Below, piece after piece: positions 27,263 to 36,308 of a stretch of DNA of 64,000 nt (position 1 is its first letter; every line of letters starts with the position of its first letter). The notes beneath the pieces were generated by a model that had not been told where the DNA came from, did not search any database, and worked only from the letters and a program-made list of their open reading frames with translations. Where the stretch lies: IMG/VR virus record IMGVR_UViG_3300045988_096839; one strand, written 5' to 3'. Both the position numbers and the translations under genes were made by a program. The DNA comes from a virus.

Positions 27263-28202
27263 ACCAGTTATTGGTAAATCTATTGCAGAAGTAAGCAAAG
27301 AAACTATATCATATATCAATGCAAGAAGAAAGCATGAAATTATTTCATTAAAAACAAGATGGAATAAATTTAATGATGTATGTTTTATTGAACCTAATAT
27401 GATTTATACCATAGCAGGTACTTCTGGAACAGGTAAAAGTGCATTTGTAAATACGATAACAAATGATTTGATTGATCTTAATCCAACTCAGGAGATAGTT
27501 ATTCTAAATTTATCTTTTGAAATGTTAAGCTATAGAAACGTTGGTAGATTACTTAGTAATAAACTAAGAATGACAACTAATGAATTATATAGTGCTAATA
27601 AAGATATTTCAGAAGAAGAATTTCAACAGATAGAACAAACGGCAAAAGCTCTATCAAATAAAGAAATCTATTACGTAGATACTCCTTTAAATGTTGAGAA
27701 AATAGAAGAAACTATTAAATATTATAAAGAACATATCGCTACTGAAAACAAATGGTTAATAGTTGTACTAGATCATACTCTATTAGTCGAAGGAGATGGT
27801 AGTGAAAGATCAATATTAGTTGATTTACAGAAAATGTTTATACGAATGAAAAAGTTACATAAAACTAGTATAATACAGATTTCACAAATGAATCGTAATA
27901 TTGAAACTCCTGAAAGAATTAATAACCCCGTAACCCACTTCCCAATGCGAAGTGATTTATCAGCTTCTGATGCAATATTTCAAGCAAGCGATTACGTAAT
28001 GGCTCTACATAGACCAGAAATTTTAAATTTGGCTTTCTATGGAGTAAATCGTTTACCTGTAAAAAACAAAGTTTATCTTCATCTCTTAAAAGTAAGAGAA
28101 GGAGAACCATGTATAATTCCATTTGAAAGTGAATTAAAATACGGTAACTTGATTGAAACTAGTTTAGAAGCAAACCAAACAAAAGTAGTATTTAACAAAT
28201 AA
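27222..28202 (+). CDS. DnaB-like replicative helicase (RecA-fold C-terminal domain)
   Basis: Walker A IAGTSGTGKSAF, Walker B LIVVLDHTLLV, and a DnaB-type SQMNR motif. An alternative in-frame start lies at 27243. Confidence 0.65.
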   Translation: MNRKEDLMDTNSVKPVIGKSIAEVSKETISYINARRKHEIISLKTRWNKFNDVCFIEPNMIYTIAGTSGTGKSAFVNTITNDLIDLNPTQEIVILNLSFEMLSYRNVGRLLSNKLRMTTNELYSANKDISEEEFQQIEQTAKALSNKEIYYVDTPLNVEKIEETIKYYKEHIATENKWLIVVLDHTLLVEGDGSERSILVDLQKMFIRMKKLHKTSIIQISQMNRNIETPERINNPVTHFPMRSDLSASDAIFQASDYVMALHRPEILNLAFYGVNRLPVKNKVYLHLLKVREGEPCIIPFESELKYGNLIETSLEANQTKVVFNK

Positions 28203-28217
28203 AAAAGGCTGAAAATT

Positions 28218-28781
28218 ATGAAACGTTTTACTATAGGACTCCCGAATTTTAGTATTGATAATAAAGGTACATTCAAAAGTAAAATTTTGAATAAAGTTGC
28301 AGAACAATTTCCGTTCTTTAATTGGAATAAGAACGATAATGAACCAGTATATAATATTGAACATGCTGGTCCAAGTGATCGTCTAGTATTCGAAATTGGA
28401 AACTTCGACGAAAAACCACAATTCTATGCATTTAACCGTCGATTCTGGAATCCGATTAAAACAAATCCGTTGTATTATAACGGTAAAAAGTTAACCGAAG
28501 TTGAACATTATTCTATTGCAGACTTGCATCGTGCGATGTATAAGTTGCATAAATATGCAGAGGCATATAATGATTATCTGAAGGATCCTGGTTACGATTA
28601 TGTAACAGAATACGGAGAACCTGTTCGTATTTATCAGAATTTCATTCAGATTGGGGATCATATTATTCCGTTTAAGGGATATAACACATATTTCTTAAAT
28701 CCGACAAAAACCGTTAAGAAAGATATTAACATTATTATGAATATTGTTAACAATATTGAAATTAACAATATCGCAGCATAA
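28218..28781 (+). CDS. hypothetical protein (187 aa)
   Basis: Intact ORF with a TAA stop. Confidence 0.5.
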   Translation: MKRFTIGLPNFSIDNKGTFKSKILNKVAEQFPFFNWNKNDNEPVYNIEHAGPSDRLVFEIGNFDEKPQFYAFNRRFWNPIKTNPLYYNGKKLTEVEHYSIADLHRAMYKLHKYAEAYNDYLKDPGYDYVTEYGEPVRIYQNFIQIGDHIIPFKGYNTYFLNPTKTVKKDINIIMNIVNNIEINNIAA

Positions 28782-28808
28782 ACGTTTAATTTTCTTTACT
28801 AATAATAC

Positions 28809-28832
28809 CAGAAAATATCAGAAAATATCAGA
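28809..28832 (+). repeat. short tandem repeat CAGAAAATAT x2.4 in an intergenic spacer
   Basis: The tandem copies CAGAAAATAT-CAGAAAATAT-CAGA can be read directly from the sequence, between the 28781 stop and the 28861 ATG. Confidence 0.6.
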
Positions 28833-28860
28833 CTTTAGTAAAGTATTAGAATTTTTTATT

Positions 28861-29604
28861 ATGATAATACTACCTAAAGAAAAAACAATTCCGGTAAAAA
28901 ACTCCATGAGATTTGTAATTTTCTTTGGAAAACCGAAAGCGGGTAAATCAAGTGCTATGGCAGCACTCGAAAATAACCTTATCATCGATCTTGAAGATGG
29001 ATATAAAGGATTATCTGCGTTAGTTGTTCAAGCAAGAAATATAAATGACTTTGGAGATATTTGTAGGGCGCTACAAGAAGAAATTAAAAACAATGATGGT
29101 AAATATCCTTATAAGTATATTACTATCGATAATGCAACCAGATTGGAAGAAATGTGTATGGGGTATGCGATTACCCTATATAGACAAACTCCAATGGGTA
29201 AAAATTATCAAGGTACAGACATCAGAACCTTACCAAACGGTTCAGGATACTTGTACATTCGTCAAGCAGTTAAAAAAGTAATTGATATGTTTAGAGGTCT
29301 ATGTGAAACCTTGATATTAGTAGCACATACGAAAGATAAACAAATTAACTTTGAAGGTCAGGAAGTTAATGAAATGACTCTTGACCTAACTGGACGATTA
29401 GGTGATATACTTTGTGGAGAAGCTGATGCAATTGGATATGTCTATCGTAAAAAGAATGAAACTATCATATCTTTTGAAGGTGGAGAAAATTCAGTTCGTG
29501 AAGCAAGACCAATACATTTACGTGGTCAAAAGATTGTAATTGCAGAAAGCGATGAAAATAACAATCTTACTTTTCATTGGAATAAAATATTTTTACCAGA
29601 ATAA
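28861..29604 (+). CDS. Sak4-like / AAA_24-type ATPase (recombination-associated)
   Basis: Walker A FFGKPKAGKSSAM and Walker B-like YITIDNATRLEE. The ATG at 28861 is preferred over the ORF-track TTG start at 28744, which would overlap the upstream gene. Confidence 0.5.
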   Translation: MIILPKEKTIPVKNSMRFVIFFGKPKAGKSSAMAALENNLIIDLEDGYKGLSALVVQARNINDFGDICRALQEEIKNNDGKYPYKYITIDNATRLEEMCMGYAITLYRQTPMGKNYQGTDIRTLPNGSGYLYIRQAVKKVIDMFRGLCETLILVAHTKDKQINFEGQEVNEMTLDLTGRLGDILCGEADAIGYVYRKKNETIISFEGGENSVREARPIHLRGQKIVIAESDENNNLTFHWNKIFLPE

Positions 29605-29627
29605 TAACCTTAAACAAATAAACAATT

Positions 29628-30245
29628 ATGGGATACAGTAAAGAAAAAGCCGTTAAAATTGAAGATTTTAAGTCAGCATATATGCCTGCAGGTATTAATG
29701 AAAATTGTGTATTGAAAGAAGCAGTATTGAAAGAATCACCTACAGGTAAGCCTATTCTCGAAATTACTTTTGAAAACGAAGAAGGTCAAACAGTACATCA
29801 TACTGAGTGGGAACCTAAGATGGCAGTTTGGATGAAGTCTCAAGAAGATCTTGAAGATTCAATGAATAAGCAATATAAGCGTATGTTGCAAATCCTATTA
29901 TGCTATTATAAGGATGAAGAAATCGATTTTAATGGTGATAATTTCCGTGAATTTGCAAAATATATTGTAGATAAACTGGAAAATGCTGATAAAACATTAA
30001 AAGTACGTCTAAAAGTCGTATATAACAAAGACGGATATACAACATTGCCAAATTCAGTAAGTCGTAAATTTATTGAACCAATGTCTGTATCTAAGGAAGA
30101 TAGCGAAATTAAAATCGATCCTAAATATGATATCATTGTTAGACCTATTGTTGCTAATAAAGAAACAGTAGTAAATAACCCTTTTAGTTCTGAAAACGTA
30201 ACTACTACTCAGAACGTAAATCCTAGCGATGATTTACCGTTTTAA
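29628..30245 (+). CDS. single-stranded DNA-binding protein (putative)
   Basis: The C-terminal tip SDDLPF matches the conserved acidic D-D-(I/L)-P-F tail of bacterial and phage SSBs. It sits in the replication module. Confidence 0.5.
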   Translation: MGYSKEKAVKIEDFKSAYMPAGINENCVLKEAVLKESPTGKPILEITFENEEGQTVHHTEWEPKMAVWMKSQEDLEDSMNKQYKRMLQILLCYYKDEEIDFNGDNFREFAKYIVDKLENADKTLKVRLKVVYNKDGYTTLPNSVSRKFIEPMSVSKEDSEIKIDPKYDIIVRPIVANKETVVNNPFSSENVTTTQNVNPSDDLPF

Positions 30246-30293
30246 ACAGAACGTTAACTAAAAGCCTACATCAGGCGTAGTATGATGATACGA

Positions 30294-30331
30294 GGAGTAT
30301 ATCGATTATATTCGAATACTCCCCGTTTTTT
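30294..30331 (+). terminator. intrinsic terminator after the SSB gene
   Basis: GGAGTAT ... ATACTCC stem followed by CCGTTTTTT. Confidence 0.5.
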
Positions 30332-30339
30332 ATCTCATT

Positions 30340-30603
30340 ATGAAATCAGAATTTAATGTTGGAGATAAAGTAAAAGTAATAAAAAGTATTTGTGGTTATT
30401 ACAATTTTAAAGCTATAATAAAAAAAGTAGATAATCCTAATGGTTTTCGACCATATTATTGTCATATATTAGATAATGAAAATAATGTAATAGATAATCT
30501 ATGGCTTTCAAAAGAAGATTTAATACCGCTAAAAAACTCTGAAAAATATTTTACAATCTCCATAAGAAAACATAAACGAATTCATTTATCGTTTATAACA
30601 TAA
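30340..30603 (+). CDS. small protein, paralog A (87 aa)
   Basis: F-x-[VI]-GD-x-V N-terminus and a C-terminal FTISIRKHKRIHLSFI shared with the next ORF. Confidence 0.5.
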   Translation: MKSEFNVGDKVKVIKSICGYYNFKAIIKKVDNPNGFRPYYCHILDNENNVIDNLWLSKEDLIPLKNSEKYFTISIRKHKRIHLSFIT

Positions 30604-30621
30604 TTCATATTTTAATAAAAT

Positions 30622-30900
30622 ATGGAACCAAAATTTAAAATAGGAGATACAGTACAATACATTAGTCCAACTTATTATCCAGATAAACCTTCAAAAAATT
30701 CTATTGGGACTATCTATGAAATTATTAATCCATACTGTTATAAAGTAATATTTGAAGGATATAAAGGCGTTTATTGGGTAAATGATTGTAATTTAAGACC
30801 TTATAAAAAGAAAGAAATAAAAAAGATTATTGAAGAAAATAAATCTTTTACTATCTCCTTAAAGAAACACAAACGTATTAATTTAAAATTTGTACTATGA
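30622..30900 (+). CDS. small protein, paralog B (92 aa)
   Basis: Same architecture as 30340..30603, with C-terminal FTISLKKHKRINLKFV. Confidence 0.5.
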   Translation: MEPKFKIGDTVQYISPTYYPDKPSKNSIGTIYEIINPYCYKVIFEGYKGVYWVNDCNLRPYKKKEIKKIIEENKSFTISLKKHKRINLKFVL

Positions 30901-31217
30901 AATTAAGTCGATTATTAGGATATCTTAAAGGTAAACTTACAGAAGTAATGATGACAACTCGTGAAAAGAAAATTAAAGCTGCATTGGAATCAGCTAAAGT
31001 AAATGCCGAAGAAGAAAAAGTAAATGCAGAATTAAAACTTGAAGAATTGTCTCAACAACTCGCAACAACTGATAATGTAACAGACATTATTGAACAAATG
31101 TCTAATGCATTTGATGATAAAAAAGACGCAGAACTTAAATTAGAACGTATTGAACAAATCAAAAACTATCTTGAAGAAGAAGTAGAGATAGAAGAAGAAA
31201 CTAAGGCTACAGTATAA
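30897..31217 (+). CDS. coiled-coil protein (106 aa)
   Basis: Glu/Lys-rich heptad-like sequence. The ATGA start overlaps the upstream stop. Confidence 0.5.
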   Translation: MKLSRLLGYLKGKLTEVMMTTREKKIKAALESAKVNAEEEKVNAELKLEELSQQLATTDNVTDIIEQMSNAFDDKKDAELKLERIEQIKNYLEEEVEIEEETKATV

Positions 31218-31315
31218 TGCAGCTACATGGGCTAATGAAGCGATATTAATAGAACTTGAAATACAGTGTGAGAGGGAGTCGCGTCCCTCTAGTCCACAAA
31301 CCAAATTATTTAGTC

Positions 31316-32284
31316 ATGTACTCGCGAGAACAAACTAAACAACCAGAAATTACATTAGATTGGATACTATCTAAAGTAACAGAGTATGAAATATATGCTA
31401 AATATATTGGAGAATTCAAAGTTGGAATGATTTATAATAGTCCTTTTAGAAAGGATAAAAATCCATCATTCGGTATTTTTTATAGTAAAAGAACACATCA
31501 ATTACTATTTAAAGACCATGGTACAGGAGAATGTGGTAATATAATTAAATTTGTACAATTATATACTGGTAAAACAGAATATAAAGATATATTAAAAGAT
31601 ATAGTCAACAAATTAAATATTACAAATAACACAAAATTAGATCATTCTAAAGAATATAAACAACCAACAGAGACAATTATAGGCATTGTAAGACAAGATT
31701 TTACAGAAGCTGATAAACAATATTGGTCACAATTTAATATTGACTTAGAAACGCTTAAAAAGTACGACGTAAATAGTATTAAATACTATCTATGCAACGG
31801 TATTGTAAAAGGTATTTATAAACCTGAAAATCCAATGTATGCATATAAAGTCTATAATAATTTTAAAATATATAGACCTTTAGCAGATAAGTATCATAAA
31901 TGGAGAAATAATTTAACAGAATACGATATCCAAGGTTATAAACAATTACCAGAAAAAGGTGATGTTTTAATCATAACAAAATCTTTAAAAGATGTTATGT
32001 GTTTATATAAAATGGGTATACCTGCAATTTCTCCAGCATCAGAAAGTACATTTATTCCTAACATAGCTCTAGAAGAGCTTAAGAAGCGTTTTAAACGCAT
32101 TATTATACTTTTTGATAGAGATAAAGCTGGTTGTAAATATCTTCGTAAAATAAGCCAAGAAACAGGCTTAGAACCGATGTTAATTCATAAGAAATTTAAA
32201 GCAAAAGATATATCTGATGCTATTAAATTAAATGGATTTGAAACAATAAAAAATTGGATTAAAAAAGAAATACAAAAAATATGA
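31316..32284 (+). CDS. Toprim-domain DNA primase
   Basis: GDVLIITKSLKDVMCL ... SPASES ... IILFDRDKAG (Toprim E...DxD). The ATG at 31316 is preferred because the ORF-track TTG start at 31256 includes a 7-bp GC hairpin, AGAGGGA/TCCCTCT, at 31271-31290. Confidence 0.6.
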   Translation: MYSREQTKQPEITLDWILSKVTEYEIYAKYIGEFKVGMIYNSPFRKDKNPSFGIFYSKRTHQLLFKDHGTGECGNIIKFVQLYTGKTEYKDILKDIVNKLNITNNTKLDHSKEYKQPTETIIGIVRQDFTEADKQYWSQFNIDLETLKKYDVNSIKYYLCNGIVKGIYKPENPMYAYKVYNNFKIYRPLADKYHKWRNNLTEYDIQGYKQLPEKGDVLIITKSLKDVMCLYKMGIPAISPASESTFIPNIALEELKKRFKRIIILFDRDKAGCKYLRKISQETGLEPMLIHKKFKAKDISDAIKLNGFETIKNWIKKEIQKI

Positions 32285-32606
32285 AAAATTTTAAATCATT
32301 ATTAAAATCCTTTTTTCAGGTGTACTTGAAGTTTTTATTACGTTAATTAATATAATTATTATTATATATAAATTACCTATATTATTAATTTCTTACTTAA
32401 AATTATTAATTAAAGGTGATTATAAAAATAGTGAATTTAAATTTAAATTAGATATGATTAAATTCATATTTAAACATTTAGATTCAGAAATAATTATATT
32501 TACTTCTAGAAAAGTAAGAGCAAGAAGTTTTAAACTCAATACAGGTACTTATATTGATGAAGAAATTAAATTTGAAAAAGAAGAAATGTTAGGGAAAAGT
32601 GCGTAA
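32281..32606 (+). pseudogene. small membrane-protein ORF split by a frame change at a T6 run
   Basis: The ATG at 32281 opens a 22-codon frame. The -1 frame is open from the T-run (32311-32316) to the TAA at 32604-32606 and encodes a hydrophobic segment, ITLINIIIIIYKLPILLISYL. Either a homopolymer error or a frameshift. Confidence 0.3.
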
Positions 32607-32967
32607 TGCACAACCTAATATATACGACGGAATTAAATTTCGTAGTAAGCTAGAAACTTATACTTATAAAAAACTAAAAGAAGCAAATATATTTGCTGAA
32701 TATGAGTCAACTCATTTTGAGTTAATACCCAAATTTGAGTACCAAGGAGAAAAAGTAAGAGCAATGACGTACTTACCAGACTTCGTAGGTAAAGACTTTA
32801 TAATTGAATGTAAAGGACTCATGGGAGATTCCTTTCCTTTAAGATGGAAAATCTTTAAATATACTTTAATGAAGAATAATTCTAATTATAAATTATATTT
32901 AGTAAGGAATCAAAAGCAAGTTGATGCTTTAATTCAACAATTAAAACAAGAAGGTCATGGAAATTAA
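32599..32967 (+). CDS. PD-(D/E)XK-type endonuclease (putative)
   Basis: YLPDFVGKDFIIECKG fits the D...(D/E)xK core. GTG start. Confidence 0.4.
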   Translation: MRNAQPNIYDGIKFRSKLETYTYKKLKEANIFAEYESTHFELIPKFEYQGEKVRAMTYLPDFVGKDFIIECKGLMGDSFPLRWKIFKYTLMKNNSNYKLYLVRNQKQVDALIQQLKQEGHGN

Positions 32968-33826
32968 AAATGCAGAATTTATCAAAGTAGGTAACAATAT
33001 TCTTCCGAAACCCAAAGGTGCTGATTACGAACTTATTAACGGCGGCGTATACGATTTAAAATGGGATCGATTTGAAGGACGTGCTATCTTTACTGAAAAT
33101 GGTAAATTAAATTTACCTGATAAAGTATATGAGTTAGAAGAAGATACTACTTTCAAAACTCGTGTATTAAATAACTTTAACAAAAACGATAAAAGTGTCG
33201 GAATAATGTTAGCTGGTACAAAAGGTACTGGTAAAACAATGCTTGCTAAAGTTATTGCAAAGGAATCAAACCTTCCAATTATTATTGTTGATTCACAATA
33301 TCCAGCAAACCGATTAGTTACGTTCTTTAAACAATTCACTACTCCGGTATGTATCATTTTCGATGAAATTGAAAAGAATTTTGATACATCGTCAATGCTT
33401 GACTTTTTAGATGGTGTTGAAAAAACTACTAAAAAGTTAGTATTAATGACATGTAACAATTTAAATAGAGTATCTGAATATCTTCAGGATCGTTGTTCAC
33501 GCGTACGTTATATACGTAAGTATACACCTACAGACAATCTTGCTTTTCTTCCAATGTTAATCGAAGATAAACAAATTAAGAATGCTAAGGAAGTTGAAGA
33601 ATTTATTAAAACTAAATTCAAATTACCATCAATTGATAATATCAATGCATTTTTAAATGAGATAAAAGAATTAGAAGATGAAGACCTTAGTTTAGATGAT
33701 ATCATAAAATATATGAACATTAATTTAAACGATTCATCAACTCCGAATATTACTCCAGATACTGATTCTATATCTATAGCAATAGACGAAGACGACCTTG
33801 ATGACTTACTTATGGAGGCAGCGTAA
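32957..33826 (+). CDS. AAA+ ATPase
   Basis: Walker A LAGTKGTGKTMLAK and Walker B CIIFDEIE. Confidence 0.65.
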   Translation: MEIKNAEFIKVGNNILPKPKGADYELINGGVYDLKWDRFEGRAIFTENGKLNLPDKVYELEEDTTFKTRVLNNFNKNDKSVGIMLAGTKGTGKTMLAKVIAKESNLPIIIVDSQYPANRLVTFFKQFTTPVCIIFDEIEKNFDTSSMLDFLDGVEKTTKKLVLMTCNNLNRVSEYLQDRCSRVRYIRKYTPTDNLAFLPMLIEDKQIKNAKEVEEFIKTKFKLPSIDNINAFLNEIKELEDEDLSLDDIIKYMNINLNDSSTPNITPDTDSISIAIDEDDLDDLLMEAA

Positions 33827-34722
33827 TGAAAATTTGTGGAATAAGTGATATTCATGGTAATTTATTAGAAAACGTCCCTGAATGCGATGTATTATGCATC
33901 GCAGGGGACGTAATTACCTTAAATGCTCAAAGAAATTTTGATGCATCGGAATATTGGTGGAAAAACCGATTTATTCCATGGGTAATGCAATTACCATGTA
34001 AAAAAGTAATAATTGTTCCTGGAAATCATGATTTCTATCTTGAAAATCTATATACAACAAATAGATGGGAAGAATTTTGTGATTACATGGCAATAAATAC
34101 TGAAGGAAAATTATATTTCCTTATTGATCAATCATTTGAATACGAAGGAATAAAATTCTATGGTACTCCATGGATTAATCCTATCGATTTTCAAAGAAAC
34201 AAATGGGCTTTCGAAAATTATGATTTTAATGACGATAACCCATACTCAAAAATACCAGAATGCGATGTTCTTATTACTCATGATTCTCCGATTAAAAATG
34301 AATTGCTTAATATAGAAAGTTGGTATAAATGTAAATATCATTTCTATGGTCATTGGCACGACGGGGAAAGTAAACCAAGCGAAGGAAAATACAATTGTTC
34401 TAGATTGAACGATTACTATAGTTTCAAAAAGAATTTTGAATTTCCTACAATAGATATTGATACAACTATGGAAAAAACTAAATATGAATTATTACAAGAA
34501 TTTGTAAATGAAATAAAAGAAACAGCAAAAGATTTCTTTGTTACATTTGATTCAGTAACTGAAGAAGATTTAAAAGTATTCAACAGTAAAATTGATGAAA
34601 CATTTATTAAATTCTTGGATAATCCACAAGATAAAGAAGATGAAATTCTTTGGACTGAATCTTCAGTAATTACTGACATGGATGGAAATAATGAGGAGAG
34701 TATAGAAGATGAATACAAATAA
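33826..34722 (+). CDS. calcineurin-like metallophosphoesterase
   Basis: Motifs SDIHGN, AGDV and PGNHD, followed by a later H-rich motif, GHWH. Confidence 0.75.
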   Translation: MKICGISDIHGNLLENVPECDVLCIAGDVITLNAQRNFDASEYWWKNRFIPWVMQLPCKKVIIVPGNHDFYLENLYTTNRWEEFCDYMAINTEGKLYFLIDQSFEYEGIKFYGTPWINPIDFQRNKWAFENYDFNDDNPYSKIPECDVLITHDSPIKNELLNIESWYKCKYHFYGHWHDGESKPSEGKYNCSRLNDYYSFKKNFEFPTIDIDTTMEKTKYELLQEFVNEIKETAKDFFVTFDSVTEEDLKVFNSKIDETFIKFLDNPQDKEDEILWTESSVITDMDGNNEESIEDEYK

Positions 34723-35713
34723 AATGGATATTTCAATTCCATATTACGAAGATAATTCGCGTATTTCTAACTCTGCCTTAGGTTGGTTTATTAAATATGG
34801 ACCACAATATCTTCGTAACATGTTAGATGGAAAAGAAGAAGGTTTAAAAGGTTCTTTCCTTGAAAAAGGTACTATGATTCATGAATATATTCTTCAACCA
34901 GATGAATTCTGGAAAGATTATATAATTCTTGATTTTGAAGTACCTAAAGTAAAACAACAAAAAGATTTATGTGAATGCTATGCACATTTAATCGAAGTAG
35001 AACCTTTAGAGTCTAAAGAAACTTTAGCTTTAAAAGCATATCGTCAATCTTATTCTAATAGTAAGAAAGATGATGTAGTAAAAGAAGAAGCTTTAAAAAT
35101 AATAGATACTTATTCTCAGTATATAGAATATTGTAAGAATAAGGATACTAAAAAGGTAATATCTTTTGCTGATTTAAATACGCTTAAAAAGATTAAAGAT
35201 AACATTAAAGAACACAAAAAGGCAAATGAATTATTATTCAATTTGCCTGACACATTTAAAGCGTATAACGAATTCCATATAAATTGGGAAGTACCGAAAT
35301 ACAATAACATAAAATGTAAATCTCTACTTGATAGAGTATGTTTTGACCACGTTAATAAGAAAATTATCTTAATTGACTTAAAAACAACACAAAATGTCTA
35401 TAATTTTGCACATTCTGTAGAAGAATATGATTATTTTAGACAAATTGCATTTTATGGACTTGCAATACAATGGTATATGCAAGAGGTTTTAAATCTTAAT
35501 TCTGAAGATTATGATTTTGAAGCCTATATTATTGCTATTGGAAAAGATAGTAATAATGAAATTAGAGTTTTTAATATGAATAAACAAGAGATATTGAGTC
35601 AAAAAGTAGACCTAATATCAGAAACTCTCAAAGAAATATCATATCATATCAATTCAGGAAATTGGACTCATACTCGTAATTATTATGAGAATGACGGAGT
35701 TGAAGAACTATGA
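34709..35713 (+). CDS. PD-(D/E)XK exonuclease (RecB/Cas4-like fold)
   Basis: LLDRVCFD ... ILIDLKTT ... FRQIAFY (D, ExK-like and QxxxY motifs). Confidence 0.55.
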   Translation: MNTNKMDISIPYYEDNSRISNSALGWFIKYGPQYLRNMLDGKEEGLKGSFLEKGTMIHEYILQPDEFWKDYIILDFEVPKVKQQKDLCECYAHLIEVEPLESKETLALKAYRQSYSNSKKDDVVKEEALKIIDTYSQYIEYCKNKDTKKVISFADLNTLKKIKDNIKEHKKANELLFNLPDTFKAYNEFHINWEVPKYNNIKCKSLLDRVCFDHVNKKIILIDLKTTQNVYNFAHSVEEYDYFRQIAFYGLAIQWYMQEVLNLNSEDYDFEAYIIAIGKDSNNEIRVFNMNKQEILSQKVDLISETLKEISYHINSGNWTHTRNYYENDGVEEL

Positions 35714-36228
35714 GAGATTATTTAAATAAAGCTTTACTTTTAATACCTCTTATTGCAAAAGAAAACGAAACAATGCAAAAATGGATAACACCAGGATTCA
35801 TTGGAGCATACTATAAAGACACAAATAAACCTCAATGGGAAGAAAAAATCATAATGGTATTCAATATTAGAGAAATGAACATACGTCCAATATTAAATTG
35901 GAATAATTCAGAATACCGTTATGAAACTTATTCAGAAGAACACAATGGTAAGATATACAATATTTTTGCATATCAAATACCACCAAAATATAAAAAAGAT
36001 TTCAACTTAATAACAAGTGGAAATTATTCAAAAGTATCTTTACAAGTAAAATCGTTAATAACGAATTTTTATTTCAAATCGAAAAAAGGAAAAACAAATC
36101 CTTTATACGAAATGGTAGAAAAGATACTTTATCCGCCAATAACGGAAACTTTAACGAAGAAACGGGAATATACTGGCGCTTTCGGGGGGAAGCAGATATT
36201 AAATATCAACCAGGTCCCGTTGAGTTAA
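35710..36228 (+). CDS. hypothetical protein (172 aa), last plus-strand gene
   Basis: Intact ORF with a TAA stop. Confidence 0.5.
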   Translation: MRDYLNKALLLIPLIAKENETMQKWITPGFIGAYYKDTNKPQWEEKIIMVFNIREMNIRPILNWNNSEYRYETYSEEHNGKIYNIFAYQIPPKYKKDFNLITSGNYSKVSLQVKSLITNFYFKSKKGKTNPLYEMVEKILYPPITETLTKKREYTGAFGGKQILNINQVPLS

Positions 36229-36233
36229 TAAAA

Positions 36234-36267
36234 AAGGGTGTGATTTATTCACACCCTTTATTTTTTT
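36234..36267. terminator. bidirectional terminator at the convergence of the plus- and minus-strand modules
   Basis: 10-bp stem AAGGGTGTGA / TCACACCCTT with an A-run upstream and a T-run downstream. Confidence 0.65.
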
Positions 36268-36308
36268 CCAAAATAAACAAACTGATTAACCATCTATGAG
36301 TTCGATCA

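Noticed and set aside
33025-34742. The minus-strand ORFs 33025..33459, 33508..33855 and 34416..34742 lie inside the plus-strand replication genes.
   Set aside because: They are Ser-rich shadows of the AAA ATPase and phosphoesterase genes, whose own motifs are clear. The same reasoning applies to 1919..2107, 18979..19182, 22230..22451, 23675..23914, 26971..27183, 27919..28364, 29045..29281, 29906..30136 and 35116..35310.
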